Below are positions 1 to 10,699 of a stretch of DNA of 64,000 nucleotides, in pieces (position 1 is the first letter of the stretch; every line of letters begins with the position of its first letter). This stretch comes from an uncultured Methanosarcinales archaeon (GTDB taxonomy: Archaea; Nanobdellota; Nanobdellia; Woesearchaeales; GW2011-AR9), in contig CAYXEO010000002.1 in NCBI GenBank assembly GCA_964464055.1, forward strand, positions 22,145-86,144, given 5' to 3'. The notes under the pieces were generated by a model. The model saw nothing but the letters and a program-made list of their open reading frames with translations. It did not search any database and was not told the origin of the DNA. A program made the translations under genes and the position numbers.

Positions 1-20
1 AATTATTAGATTCGGGCGCA

Positions 21-203
21 ATGTCTGATGAGGAAGAAGGATTTATGAAAGGTTATTCCGACGATGATGAAGTGGAAGAATGTGCCGAATGTGGTGGTGC
101 AATTAATCCTGAAAAGAAAGTTGTTCGTGAATTTGATGACGAAGAATATGCTTTTTGTTCAGAAGCATGTGCGAAGGAATTCGAAGAGAACTTGAACGGA
201 TAA
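21..203 (+). CDS. small acidic zinc-ribbon protein (CxxC...CxxxC, TRASH/YHS-like)
   Basis: 60-aa ORF with CAECGG...FCSEAC paired Cys motifs. The acidic flanks give no family-level match I can name. Confidence 0.35.
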   Translation: MSDEEEGFMKGYSDDDEVEECAECGGAINPEKKVVREFDDEEYAFCSEACAKEFEENLNG

Positions 204-550
204 TTTTTATTCTTCAAGTTCGAAGACTCAATTTTTTATTTTACTTATGGAGAGAGTTCTCAATCTTATTTAGGTTCCAACAGTTTAAAATGTTTTTCTT
301 TTCTGGCCATCCATGATGTAAATTAAAAACTCCTGGGCGATAATTGTCAATTTGAGATGCTTGGTCCGCATCTGTTCCTACAGAGAATTTACAGCCGTAA
401 TCAAGAGTAGATTTAATGTTTTTACTTAACACGTTTTCTTAATACGTACTTTTAACCGAACATTTTTTAAAGGAAATAGTGTTTTAATAGAAAATAGCTG
501 AGATGGTCCATTGTAGGCAAGAGTTGTTAAACTTTTAAATCTCGGGAAAC

Positions 551-979
551 ATGGAGAAAATAAATAAAATGGTAAATTTAAAAATTGTAATTGGAGCTAA
601 AAACGGTAAGTGTTACCAGAAAGAATTGAACGAAACAGAAACAACAGTATTGCATAAGAAGCGAATTGGCGACACTGTTAAAGGTGACGAGTTAGGTTAT
701 GCTGGTTATGAATTTTTGATCACTGGTGGATCAGATAAATGTGGTTTCCCAATGCGGAAAGGTATTCAAGCACCAAGAAAAAGAGTTATGATTGGTAAAG
801 GTGTTGGTTTTTCAGGTAAAACTCGTACTAAAAAAACTCAGAAAGGACTTTTGAAAAGAAGAACTGTATGTGGCGAATTCGTTACTAAAATAATTCATCA
901 AGTTAATTTAAAAGTTACTAAAGAAGGAACTCAACCGTTAGGTGAAGCACCTGCTGCAGAAGAAAAGAAGGAAGAGTGA
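551..979 (+). CDS. rps6e: 30S ribosomal protein S6e
   Basis: GGSDKCGFPMRKG signature, KRR/K-rich C-terminus, and length typical of archaeal eS6. Confidence 0.85.
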   Translation: MEKINKMVNLKIVIGAKNGKCYQKELNETETTVLHKKRIGDTVKGDELGYAGYEFLITGGSDKCGFPMRKGIQAPRKRVMIGKGVGFSGKTRTKKTQKGLLKRRTVCGEFVTKIIHQVNLKVTKEGTQPLGEAPAAEEKKEE

Positions 980-997
980 AAAAATAGATATAGATGA

Positions 998-1369
998 TTA
1001 GAATTTTATTCTTACTTTTCCAATTTTTATTCCTTTTTTTAATTTTTCTTTTAAACCACTTTTTGATTCTTTTTGTTTTTCAATACCATAACTTAAATCT
1101 AAATATTTGTGCATTGATTTTTCTGTTTGTAATCCAACTAATCCTATCGGTTGCGAATATCCTGGCCCTTCAATAATAAATGCTGGTACACTCATCACGC
1201 CATACTTGTTGGCTTTGTTATATCCTTCTTGTGTCATAGTAGAAAATTCTTTTAACACAAAATCGTTTCTTGTTTTCATGAATTCGTGAATTAACTTTTT
1301 TGCTGGTGGACAGTTGGGGCAAGTTGGTGAGGTGAATAAATATATTATGGATGTATTTGTATTTATCAT
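998..1369 (-). CDS. thioredoxin/glutaredoxin-fold protein (CPxC active site)
   Basis: TSPTCPNCP motif near the N-terminus, a Gly-rich ...VPAFIIEG... motif typical of the thioredoxin fold, 123 aa. Confidence 0.55.
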   Translation of the reverse strand: MINTNTSIIYLFTSPTCPNCPPAKKLIHEFMKTRNDFVLKEFSTMTQEGYNKANKYGVMSVPAFIIEGPGYSQPIGLVGLQTEKSMHKYLDLSYGIEKQKESKSGLKEKLKKGIKIGKVRIKF

Positions 1370-1518
1370 TTTGTTTTTGGTGGTTGGAAATCATTTATAA
1401 TTGTGTCTAAGTTGGGCATGGATTGTTTTTTTAATTGCAGTAACGTGTTTAGCCAAATAGTAACTTATATAAACTAAAAAATTATTCTTCACTTATTATT
1501 AAAGAGGATGCTTAATAG

Positions 1519-3489
1519 ATGGTGCAAACTAAAAAAAGGGCTAGTAAGAAACAAAAGCAACAGTCTCCTTACCATTCTGCGCATCCACAACATCCTTTCG
1601 ATCAAAAAATTGCTAAGATATTATTGTTGTCTGCAATTTCTTTAGTATTAATTGCAGTTTTAATTCTCTTTTTTGCTTCTAACATTACCGGGAAAGCAAC
1701 TGCGTACACCTGTGATGATTTGGCGTATTGCTCTTTTGAAAGTTTTGTAGATTGGAAAGATATTGCAATTAAAGTTCCGGTGAGTCATTCTGTATTTACA
1801 ATAGTGGGTAGTACTGGGATTAATGTCAGAGTAACAAACATAACTGAAGAAGATGGACAAAAGACATGTATTTTTGATGTTTTAGGTTATGAATTAGGGG
1901 AAGGACCTGTTGTAAATGACGAATTAAATCAAAATTTAACTTTGGGTAAACATTTTGTATTATCTGGCGAAAATGATGAACAAAAAAATTGGTTAACTTT
2001 AACTGGGGTTGGTTGTGATTCTTGTATCTCTCCACAAGATAATACTTTTGCTTTTAGTGAATTGATTCTGAGTGATGAACCGACATTTAATCCAAAATAT
2101 GTTATTAATAAAACCGGAAATTATGTAAACCTTTGTAATTCTTCAAATTCACTTAACAAATATACTTGTTCTAATGGCGAAGTTGTGTTGGAAACCAATA
2201 CGTCTTGTGAAAATGATGACACTTGTAATAATGGTATTTGTGGAGATCCTTTTTATAATGGTGCCTTGGTTTCATTTTTAGCAAATATCATTCAAGCAAC
2301 AAACGATTTAACAAATGAAGGTATAAATAACTCAGTAACTAATGGTACTTTAACTAACCAAACAGGCACAAACATAACAAACACCACTTTTGTTTTGGAT
2401 ACGTCATCGGAACCAGATACTCCTTTCATTGACAAAACATCTTATAATTACTTTAATACCACTTACCATAATTACACCCTCACTTTTGAAAATCGGACTG
2501 ATTTGTATGAAACTGATGTGGAAAATTATACCGACAAAATAGATGATACCGATGACGAAGATTTAATAGAGTTTTACGAAGACAAGATAGAGGATTTGGA
2601 AGCTGAGTACTTAGAAGAGATCGAAGAGTTTGAAAAAGATTTGGTGGATTTGGAAGAGAATTTAGAAGATGCTATTGAAGATGCTGAAGATGATAAAGAA
2701 GATGCTATTGGTGATGGGGACGAAGAAGAACTTGAAGCAGTGGTTAAATTATTAGGTGATTTGGAAGATATTGAGGAAGATTTGAAAGAATTAATTGTTG
2801 AAGTTTGGGATATTTTAGGAAAAGAAGCAGAAGAGGTAGAAATAGATTCAATTGCAATAAATACAACTCAAACAAATATCGCAAATACTACTAATCAAAC
2901 AAATACTAGTTTTGCTGACATTTGTTTAGAGTCTTGGATATGTGATGACTGGTCTGTCTGTTTAGCTGGTCAAGAGACTAGAACTTGTACTGACTTAAAT
3001 TCCTGTGGTACAACCATACAAAAACCAAGTGAAACTAAAAGTTGTATTGTGTCCACTGATTCAAGTACGGATTCTAGCGGAACGGATTATGATACTGATA
3101 CAAGTTCACAAAGTTGGGACACCAGCACAGAAACAGACGATTATGGTTTAGAGACTACCGGTGGTTCTGAATATGGTACTGATTCTTCAGATGTTCAATC
3201 AACAACAAAAACAGAAGGCGCTATGTTAGTTCCAACTTTAATTATTTCGTCAGTTTTATTATTATTCGTTATTGGCGGTTTAATGTATTTTCTTTATTTG
3301 AAACCAAAGCAAGGTGAGGGATTCTCTAAAGTTGGTGGTTCAACTAAAATCGTGGGGGAAAATGCTTCATTATCAACTTATATCCGAAAAGAGAAGCGTA
3401 AAGGGCTTTCTAACACACAAATAAAATATGCTTTATTAAATTCTGGCTGGGATGCAAACCAAGTTGATTCTGCTTTGAAAGGTAAATGA
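1519..3489 (+). CDS. type-I membrane surface glycoprotein (Cys-rich modules, acidic coiled coil, S/T-rich stalk, C-terminal TM plus cytoplasmic tail)
   Basis: N-terminal signal anchor, dozens of N-x-S/T sequons, an EDLEAEYLEEIEEF... acidic helix, a TDSSTDSSGTDYDTDTSS stalk, and a TM helix LVPTLIISSVLLLFVIGGLMYFLYL followed by a basic tail. Confidence 0.6.
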   Translation: MVQTKKRASKKQKQQSPYHSAHPQHPFDQKIAKILLLSAISLVLIAVLILFFASNITGKATAYTCDDLAYCSFESFVDWKDIAIKVPVSHSVFTIVGSTGINVRVTNITEEDGQKTCIFDVLGYELGEGPVVNDELNQNLTLGKHFVLSGENDEQKNWLTLTGVGCDSCISPQDNTFAFSELILSDEPTFNPKYVINKTGNYVNLCNSSNSLNKYTCSNGEVVLETNTSCENDDTCNNGICGDPFYNGALVSFLANIIQATNDLTNEGINNSVTNGTLTNQTGTNITNTTFVLDTSSEPDTPFIDKTSYNYFNTTYHNYTLTFENRTDLYETDVENYTDKIDDTDDEDLIEFYEDKIEDLEAEYLEEIEEFEKDLVDLEENLEDAIEDAEDDKEDAIGDGDEEELEAVVKLLGDLEDIEEDLKELIVEVWDILGKEAEEVEIDSIAINTTQTNIANTTNQTNTSFADICLESWICDDWSVCLAGQETRTCTDLNSCGTTIQKPSETKSCIVSTDSSTDSSGTDYDTDTSSQSWDTSTETDDYGLETTGGSEYGTDSSDVQSTTKTEGAMLVPTLIISSVLLLFVIGGLMYFLYLKPKQGEGFSKVGGSTKIVGENASLSTYIRKEKRKGLSNTQIKYALLNSGWDANQVDSALKGK

Positions 3490-3547
3490 AAAACGTTAAT
3501 TATTTAAACTAAATTAAATTAGTAATTCATAAAGAGGATAGATTTAA

Positions 3548-3724
3548 ATGGGTATTAATCAACAATTTGAAGAAATCAGTAAAAAAATAATTAGTTTTAT
3601 GAATATTATTTCTAACAAATTACAACATTTTCCAGACCTTACTTTAGGTGAACAGATATCTTATGCTTGTGTTGGTGTTGGTTTTATTTTGGTTTTAATT
3701 TCGTTAATATTGTTTATAATTTAA
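3548..3724 (+). CDS. possible small membrane protein (58 aa, below the ORF-track cutoff)
   Basis: ATG at 3548 reads MGINQQFEEISKKIISFMNIISNKLQHFPDLTLGEQISYACVGVGFILVLISLILFII*. It has a hydrophobic C-terminus and sits in the gap between two surface-protein genes. Confidence 0.2.
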   Translation: MGINQQFEEISKKIISFMNIISNKLQHFPDLTLGEQISYACVGVGFILVLISLILFII

Positions 3725-3750
3725 AAAAGTAATAACTTAAAAAAGAGGAA

Positions 3751-4692
3751 GTGATGATGGTAGGACATAAAGAATTTAAAGAAAAAAAAGAAAAGATATT
3801 TCATGATGGGATAAAACCTAAAAAGAAAAGTTTTTTAGACGGAGAAATTGATATTAAGATTAGGCCGAGAAAAATATTAAAAGCGATGGTTTTGATCGCT
3901 TTATTTGCTTTAGTATTTCAATTAGGTAAATTGAGTACAGATACAACAAGTTGTCCGACAGTTGATTGCCCAGTTATAGCAGAAACCGCAGAAGTTACAC
4001 TTGAATCTGCAGAAGCAACGGAATCTTTTATTACTAAAACGGTAAATTTCTTCTCCGGATTGTTAACCGGTGTTTCGGCAACAGGAAGTGAAATTGAAGT
4101 AGTTGTTTTGAATGGATCTACAAATGAAACAACAGCAAATTTAACAGGACAAACAACAGCTGTTGATACTGAAGAAGAAACAACAGAAATTGAAGAAGAA
4201 ATTGAAGATACCCCAGAAGAAGAAGCTGAAGAAGAAGCTGAAGAAGAAATTGAAGAAGAAGCTGAAGAAGAAATTGAAGAAGAAGCTGAAGAAGAAGCTG
4301 AAGAAGAAACTATAATCACTGAATATAGTGCTGTAACTTTAACAATTTCTGATTTAACTTTGGATTGGAAAACAACGTGGGGAAAAGTAACTCGTTTCAA
4401 ATATACTATTAAAAATTCCGAATCTGGAACAATTTTGCCAAGTTATTTTGTGATGTCTATGGCTGCTTATGGTGAAGATGGAGAAAAAACAGTTGATATC
4501 CCCGCAAATTCACAAACAGTGGAATCATCAAGTACAATCTCTTCTTCGGTAATATTGTCCAGTGGCTATGCTTATAACGAAATTGTTACTGGTGATTTAA
4601 CGGATGTAGCAATTAGTTGGAGAATGTATGATGCTGAAGATACTTTAATTGACACTTATACTGCTTCGTTTAATTTGGATGGTGAAGAGTAG
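3751..4692 (+). CDS. membrane-anchored secreted protein with an (EEEAEEEI)n acidic repeat
   Basis: TM helix LKAMVLIALFALVFQL, an NxT-rich region, and a tandem acidic repeat. The antisense ORF 3918..4400 is an artefact of the repeat. Confidence 0.5.
   Translation: MMMVGHKEFKEKKEKIFHDGIKPKKKSFLDGEIDIKIRPRKILKAMVLIALFALVFQLGKLSTDTTSCPTVDCPVIAETAEVTLESAEATESFITKTVNFFSGLLTGVSATGSEIEVVVLNGSTNETTANLTGQTTAVDTEEETTEIEEEIEDTPEEEAEEEAEEEIEEEAEEEIEEEAEEEAEEETIITEYSAVTLTISDLTLDWKTTWGKVTRFKYTIKNSESGTILPSYFVMSMAAYGEDGEKTVDIPANSQTVESSSTISSSVILSSGYAYNEIVTGDLTDVAISWRMYDAEDTLIDTYTASFNLDGEE
4198..4312 (+). repeat. in-frame tandem repeat (12/24-nt units gaagaagctgaagaagaaattgaa...) encoding the EEEAEEEIEEEA tract
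   Basis: Direct reading shows gaagaagctgaagaagaa(a/g)(t/c)tgaagaagaa iterated about 4.5 times. Confidence 0.75.
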
Positions 4693-4828
4693 GAATAAAT
4701 TATGACCTAACACAATAACTAAAGCACAAATGTAATATTAATGTCATATTTTTTGTGAATTTAAATGAGTAAATGATATGGTTCACATTCGTTGTGCTTT
4801 GTACTTTAGTCTAAGGAACTAACAGAAA

Positions 4829-5551
4829 ATGAATGATATATTGGAATTAATCAAGTCCCGAAGAAACATTAAACATTTTTTACCAAAATATGTTTCTTGG
4901 GAAAAAATTGCTCATGTAATAGATGCCGGAAGGCACGCACCTAGTTGTGGTAATATCCAAAATTGGAAGTTTGTAGTTGTTTATGAACATGCTCAGAAAC
5001 AAGCAGTGGCAGATGCTTGTTATGATCAGTATGAAATAATTCAAGCAGGGGCATTAATAGTTGTCTGTGCCGAACCAGAGAAAGCAGAAAGGTATTATAG
5101 TTTGCGTGGAGAACGACTTTATTCTGTACAAAACTGTGCGGCGGCGATTCAAAACATGCTCTTAGAAGCTCATTCATTGGGCCTGGGAACTCGTTGGATT
5201 GGCGGGTTTGATGAAGAAGTTATCAAGTCGATGTTAAGTATTCCTGAGGAGGTTCGTCCACAAGCAATCATTGCTTTAGGTTACTCGAAAGAAGTTCCTG
5301 CTAAACCTCCGAAATATCCTCTTGAATCCGTGGTTTATTTTCAAAGTTGGCGGAACAAAATGCGTGACCCAGCAAAGTATTTGAATGACATAGCTACAAT
5401 CACCGGTAGAAAAATTGATGCTGCGAAAGAAGTTGTGGCTGAAACTAAAGAAAAAGTTGTTACTAAAACAAAACATGTTTCTAAGAAGTTACACGAACGG
5501 ATCAAACACAAAATTAAGAAGAAACTGAAAGAAAAATTGGGCAAAAAGTAG
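4829..5551 (+). CDS. nitroreductase-family flavoprotein with a Lys-rich C-terminal tail
   Basis: The N-terminus LIKSRRNIKHFLPKYVSWEKI...HAPSCGNIQNWKFVVV is the classic nitroreductase fold opening. It is followed by a 50-aa KKxK tail. Confidence 0.7.
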   Translation: MNDILELIKSRRNIKHFLPKYVSWEKIAHVIDAGRHAPSCGNIQNWKFVVVYEHAQKQAVADACYDQYEIIQAGALIVVCAEPEKAERYYSLRGERLYSVQNCAAAIQNMLLEAHSLGLGTRWIGGFDEEVIKSMLSIPEEVRPQAIIALGYSKEVPAKPPKYPLESVVYFQSWRNKMRDPAKYLNDIATITGRKIDAAKEVVAETKEKVVTKTKHVSKKLHERIKHKIKKKLKEKLGKK

Positions 5552-5971
5552 TTGTGTTGTTATATTTGTCCTCTTATTTTTTCTTTTATTATTTGGAAAA
5601 TAAGATAATTATCATAATCACTCCAAAATAGAAATATTTATATAGCTAATATTCTTTACTAAAAAAATAAATTTAGAATTTTACAGGCTGGTAACCCGTA
5701 AAAAATTTATGATTATTAAAAAAGCTTGGTCGGCTTTTAGTAAATTCAGTTGGTTAAACTAAATTTAGTTTTTTTCTTAGATAATGGTATTCATCTAATC
5801 TAGGCAACGTCTGGTAAACGTTAGGTAGAAGTATACTGGACAGATATATAAAATTTTATATTGTCTGGACTATATTTGTTCAAAAATTGGACGAATGAAA
5901 AATAAAATATGGGGAAAAAGAAAAAATTAAATTCACGTGAGGGTGGAAAAAATTTAGAGGTGGTGTAAAAA

Positions 5972-7042
5972 ATGGATTTTATGGTAGAACAGGCGATGGA
6001 AAATGCGCCAGAGGACAACAACAATTTTGAAAATATGAGTCAAGCTAATATTAAGGTTATTGGTGTTGGCGGTGCCGGCAATAATATGGTTGGTTGGTTA
6101 TATCGGAAAGGAATTAAAGGTGCAGAAATTATTGCTACAAATACGGATCATCAACATTTAGCAATAACGGGTGCAGATAGAAAGTATTTGATTGGTAAAG
6201 AGTGTACAAGAGGGCTTGGTTGCGGAGGGTTCCCTAGTCGAGGAGCAGAAGCAGCTCAAGAATCTTTGATCACAATTAAAGATTCATTAAAACAATCTGA
6301 TATGGTTTTTGTTTGTGCTGGAATGGGTGGTGGAACAGGAACAGGTGCTGCTCCAGTAGTTGCCCAGGTAGCGAAAGATACTGGTGCGATTGTAATTGGA
6401 ACTGTTACTATGCCTTTCAATATTGAAAGAGCACGGTGTGATAAAGCAGAGTTTGGGTTACAACAGTTAAGACAAGTTTCTGACACAGTTATTGTAATTG
6501 ATAACAACCGGTTAGTACAAATTGCAGGAAATTTACCTATTCAACAGGCGTTCTCTGTGGCTAACGAACTAATCTCAACCATGATTAAAGGAATTGTCGA
6601 AGTTATTGCTGTACCTTCTTTAGTTAACTTGGATTATGCTGACGTTAAGGCAATCATGTCTAACGGAGGTGTAGCTGCGATTGGAGTTGGAAGTTCTGAT
6701 ACTAATAACAGAGTGGACGAAGCTGTCAAAGGTGCATTAAGTAACCCATTACTGGACATCAATTATGATGGTGCAACTGGTGCTTTGATACATATCACTG
6801 GTGGTCCAGACATGACTCTTGATGAAGTATCTAAAATTGGTGAATTGGTAACAGAATCTTTGGATGATGATGCTAATGTGATTTGGGGAGCAAGAGTTGA
6901 TGAACCAATGAAAGGAAAATTAACAGTGATGACAATAATCACTGGCGTAAATAGTCCTTGGATTTTGGGTAAAGTAGATCAACAGAAATCTCAGAAAAGA
7001 GCAGAATCAATCACTAACGAGTTAGGGATAGAACTGGTTTAG
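5972..7042 (+). CDS. ftsZ: cell division GTPase FtsZ
   Basis: GVGGAGNN and the [13 protein letters not shown] tubulin signature, with an NxDxxxL T7 region. A GAGGTGG Shine-Dalgarno-like motif lies 8 nt upstream. Confidence 0.9.
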   Translation: MDFMVEQAMENAPEDNNNFENMSQANIKVIGVGGAGNNMVGWLYRKGIKGAEIIATNTDHQHLAITGADRKYLIGKECTRGLGCGGFPSRGAEAAQESLITIKDSLKQSDMVFVCAGMGGGTGTGAAPVVAQVAKDTGAIVIGTVTMPFNIERARCDKAEFGLQQLRQVSDTVIVIDNNRLVQIAGNLPIQQAFSVANELISTMIKGIVEVIAVPSLVNLDYADVKAIMSNGGVAAIGVGSSDTNNRVDEAVKGALSNPLLDINYDGATGALIHITGGPDMTLDEVSKIGELVTESLDDDANVIWGARVDEPMKGKLTVMTIITGVNSPWILGKVDQQKSQKRAESITNELGIELV

Positions 7043-7254
7043 ATGCATTAGTTAAGGCAGAAACAGGCTTTCACTAGCTTGTTTTTTTCTTTTTATTTCT
7101 TTTTATTTCTTGCCTGGGCTAATTCTACTTACGCCACCCCCTGTAAGATAAATACCCAGGCAAGATTTTTTTTCTTTTCTTTTGTTATTAGTTACTTATT
7201 TGTTTTATCTCTATCAGCAAACCTTTATAAAAACATCTTGATTACTTCTTTTTC

Positions 7255-8706
7255 ATGGCAAAAAAAGATATTAAAGGTATCACTGTAAAAAAAGATGAAG
7301 ATTTCAGTGGCTGGTATACACAAGTTATCCAGAAAGCTGATTTAGCAGATTATTCCGCTGTATCAGGATGCATGATTTTTAAACCTACTGCTTGGGCAAT
7401 GTGGGAAAAAGTTATGGAATTAGTTAATGCAAGAATTAAACCGATGGGTGTGAAAAATGTCACCTTTCCTTTATTTATTCCAGAAAATCTTTTGACAAAA
7501 GAAGCAGATCATGTTGAAGGGTTTGCTCCTGAGGTGGCGTGGGTAACTCATGCTGGTGGTTCAAAACTTAGTGAACGACTAGCTGTTAGACCAACTTCTG
7601 AAGCAATCATGTACGATTCTTATGCAAAATGGATCCGTTCATGGCGAGATTTACCTTTAAAATATAATCAGTGGAGTAACGTTGTCAGGTGGGAATTTAA
7701 TAACCCTATTGCTTTTTTTAGAACTAGAGAATTCTTTTTTAATGAAGGGCATACAGTTTTTGCAACTGAGGAAGAAGCTATCGCTGAACAGCAACCAATT
7801 TTGGACATGTACGTAGAAATCTTGGAAGATTATATGGCAATCCCTAGTTTGGTGGGTAAGAAATCTGAGAAAGAGAAATTTGCTGGGGCAGTTTACAGTG
7901 CCAGTATTGAAAACTTTTTACCAAACCATAAAGCTATTCAAGGTCCAATATTTCACCACGATGGACAAAATTTTGCTAAAGCTTACGATATAAAATTTAA
8001 AGGTCAAGATGGAAAAGAAACTTATGCTTGGCAAAACACTTGGGCAATATCTACAAGAATGTTGGGCGTTTTGTTTGCAATCCATGGTGATGATAAAGGT
8101 TTAGTTCTCCCACCAAAAATGGCCCCAACCCAAGTAGTAATTGTACCTATTTTATTTGATAAAACTAAAGCAGAAGTACTTAAAGCAGCAAACAAGATTA
8201 AGAAACAACTGGAAAAAAAAGGCATCTCCGTACACCTTGATGATAGAGATGGTTATTCACCTGGTTGGAAGTTTAATGAATGGGAAGTTAAAGGTATCCC
8301 GGTAAGAATTGAATTAGGTCCAAGAGATTTAGAGGATCATCAAGCGATGGTTTCCAGAAGAGATACTGGTGAAAAACAAGCACTGGAATTGACAGCTTTG
8401 GCAACAGAAATTAAAATTGTTTTAGACAACATCCAATCTAATTTGTTAGAAAAAGCACAGAAACATCTAGACTCAAATATCGTGGAAGTTACAACCCTCT
8501 CCGATGCTAAGAAACAATTGAAAAATAAGAAACTTTTGTTCGCTCCTTGGTGCGGATCAGTTGAATGTGAAGAACAGTTTAAAGCAGATACAACCGCTAA
8601 ATCTTTGAACAGTCCTTTTGACCAACCTAAACTAAATAGTGGTCAGAAATGTTTCGCTTGTGAAAAGAAAGCTGAGAAATGGTTTTATTTTGGGCGAAGT
8701 TATTAA
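7255..8706 (+). CDS. proS: prolyl-tRNA synthetase, archaeal/eukaryal type
   Basis: Class II motifs (FRTREFFFNEGH, GAVYSASIE), a YSPGWKFNEWE anticodon-binding region, and the C-terminal Zn-binding CFACEKK...YFGRSY domain. Confidence 0.9.
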   Translation: MAKKDIKGITVKKDEDFSGWYTQVIQKADLADYSAVSGCMIFKPTAWAMWEKVMELVNARIKPMGVKNVTFPLFIPENLLTKEADHVEGFAPEVAWVTHAGGSKLSERLAVRPTSEAIMYDSYAKWIRSWRDLPLKYNQWSNVVRWEFNNPIAFFRTREFFFNEGHTVFATEEEAIAEQQPILDMYVEILEDYMAIPSLVGKKSEKEKFAGAVYSASIENFLPNHKAIQGPIFHHDGQNFAKAYDIKFKGQDGKETYAWQNTWAISTRMLGVLFAIHGDDKGLVLPPKMAPTQVVIVPILFDKTKAEVLKAANKIKKQLEKKGISVHLDDRDGYSPGWKFNEWEVKGIPVRIELGPRDLEDHQAMVSRRDTGEKQALELTALATEIKIVLDNIQSNLLEKAQKHLDSNIVEVTTLSDAKKQLKNKKLLFAPWCGSVECEEQFKADTTAKSLNSPFDQPKLNSGQKCFACEKKAEKWFYFGRSY

Positions 8707-8808
8707 AAAGAAAGTTATTAGTTTTTGTTTTTTACTTCTTATTTTTTCATTTAATTATTCACTTCCACTTCAACAATACTTATATATCTCCAACTCTCTA
8801 AAACTTCT

Positions 8809-10695
8809 ATGAAAGATATCAATTTACTAGATGAATCGCTTATTAACAAAATTGCTGCTGGGGAAGTCATTGAACGACCTGCTGCGGTGGTTAAAGAGTT
8901 GATAGAAAATTCTCTCGATGCAGATGCAACAAGAATTTCTGTTGAAATTGTTGATTCTGGTAAAAAACTGGTCAGGATAATTGATAACGGGACCGGGATG
9001 AACGAGGAAAACGCTAAAAAATCTATTCTTCGTCATGCAACCAGTAAAATTCAAACCACTGATGATTTGTTTTCCATTAATACGCTCGGTTTTCGTGGCG
9101 AAGCACTTGCTAGTGTCGCTGCAATCTCCAAATTTTCATTAATTACCCAACAAGAAAACCAATTGGAAGGTTACAATCTTTTAGTTGAAGGTGGGAACAT
9201 TACCAAATCAACCATTTGTTCAGCAGAAAAAGGCACAACCATAGAAATCCGTGACCTTTTTTTTAATACTCCAGCGAGAAAGAAGTTTCTTAAAACTGAT
9301 GCAGTGGAATTAAGACACATTATTGATGTTGTTAGTAGATACGCACTTGCAAACGATTCAGTGGGTTTTAAATTAACTCATCAAGGCAAATCTTTACTAA
9401 ACTCTCCTGCGGTAGATAGCCAACAAGATAACATCTCTTCTGTTTACGGCGTGAAAGTTGCCAAAGAATTGTTGGGAGTAGAGTTCCAAAACGGATCTGG
9501 GACAATTAAAGTTAAAGGGTTCGTTAGCAAACCTTATGATGCTCGGAACGATAAAAATCAACAGAACATTTTTGTTAATGGTAGATGGATTAAAAACGAA
9601 GATTTGAGTCGGGCAATTTATGATGCTTACCACTCTTTACTTTTTGTGGGCAAACATCCTGTGTTTGTTTTACATCTGGAACTAGATTCTAGTAAAATCG
9701 ATGTTAATGTCCACCCAACAAAACAGGAAATCAAATTTGAACAAAAGAAAGAAGTTGAGAATACTGTGTTTAGTGCAGTGAAAGAAACATTACGACAAAA
9801 CGATTTGATCCCAGTGATGAATTTTGAAACTGAAGAACAAACAAGTTTCATTAGTGACGAAGTTGTGGGGAAGAGACCAGTAGAAACTAAGAGTACAATT
9901 CTAACTTTAACTCCTACTCCTAAATATCAGTTTGAACCAAGTGAACAACAGGTTTTGTACGTGGAAAAAGAGAAAACAAACAAAGTCACTACTACTGACC
10001 CTTTTGTAACCACGATACAAAAAGTAACAAATGGGCTACAAGATACACAAGATCCTCAAACTTCACAAGACCCTCAACCCTCTGTTGCACAGGAACAAGC
10101 ACCAACAAATGTTGCTTTACCACCACTAAAAATTCTTGGACAAATCCATAAAACCTTTTTCGTGGCTGAAACACCGGGGGGGATAGTTTTCATTGACCAG
10201 CATGTTGTCCAAGAACGAGTACTTTACGAACGGTTCATGGAACAGTTGTTAAATAGTAATGTGGCAGTACAAAATTTATTACAAGGTGAAGTACTAGAAT
10301 TCGCCCCTTCTGAAAAAGTGAATGTATTAGACAACCTAGAAAATCTCACTCAACTTGGGTTTCAATTAGAAGAGTTTGGCGAGAATGCTTTTGTTCTCAA
10401 AACAATTCCAACTTTGTTCGGCAGATTGCAACCGAAAGAGATATTGTACGAACTACTTAACGACTTTTCTCAAGGTAACGGTAAAAATAAACTTGAAGAA
10501 GTTCAAGAAGAAATTATTACTCGTATGGCTTGTCGTGCTTCTGTGAAAGCTGGAGATACAATGACCATCCCAGAGATTCAAAAGTTACTAGATGAACTTA
10601 AACAAACTAAACTACCTTACACTTGCCCGCACGGAAGAGCAATTTTGATCAAGATGAATGTTGATGAATTGGAGCGGAAGTTTCATCGAAAATAA
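8809..10695 (+). CDS. mutL: DNA mismatch repair protein MutL (GHKL ATPase plus C-terminal endonuclease motif)
   Basis: N-terminal LIENSLDA / DNGTGM / GFRGEAL GHKL motifs. The C-terminal FIDQHVVQERVLYE matches the DQHA(x)2E(x)4E nicking-endonuclease motif. Confidence 0.85.
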   Translation: MKDINLLDESLINKIAAGEVIERPAAVVKELIENSLDADATRISVEIVDSGKKLVRIIDNGTGMNEENAKKSILRHATSKIQTTDDLFSINTLGFRGEALASVAAISKFSLITQQENQLEGYNLLVEGGNITKSTICSAEKGTTIEIRDLFFNTPARKKFLKTDAVELRHIIDVVSRYALANDSVGFKLTHQGKSLLNSPAVDSQQDNISSVYGVKVAKELLGVEFQNGSGTIKVKGFVSKPYDARNDKNQQNIFVNGRWIKNEDLSRAIYDAYHSLLFVGKHPVFVLHLELDSSKIDVNVHPTKQEIKFEQKKEVENTVFSAVKETLRQNDLIPVMNFETEEQTSFISDEVVGKRPVETKSTILTLTPTPKYQFEPSEQQVLYVEKEKTNKVTTTDPFVTTIQKVTNGLQDTQDPQTSQDPQPSVAQEQAPTNVALPPLKILGQIHKTFFVAETPGGIVFIDQHVVQERVLYERFMEQLLNSNVAVQNLLQGEVLEFAPSEKVNVLDNLENLTQLGFQLEEFGENAFVLKTIPTLFGRLQPKEILYELLNDFSQGNGKNKLEEVQEEIITRMACRASVKAGDTMTIPEIQKLLDELKQTKLPYTCPHGRAILIKMNVDELERKFHRK

Positions 10696-10699
10696 CTTA

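Noticed and set aside
241-432. 63-aa minus-strand ORF between the Zn-ribbon gene and rps6e
   Set aside because: It has no motif or RBS-like signal and lies in a probable promoter region. The evidence is insufficient to call it a gene.
994-1289. Plus-strand ORFs 994..1176 and 1107..1289
   Set aside because: They are antisense to the thioredoxin-like gene. One of them is pure F/L low-complexity.
3918-4400. 160-aa minus-strand ORF rich in SSSASSS
   Set aside because: It is the antisense reading of the GAAGAAGCTGAA tandem repeat inside the 3751..4692 gene. Its low-complexity translation is typical of a shadow ORF.
7079-7288. 69-aa plus-strand ORF upstream of proS
   Set aside because: It is a low-complexity F/S/L-rich translation of the AT-rich proS promoter region and overlaps the proS start.
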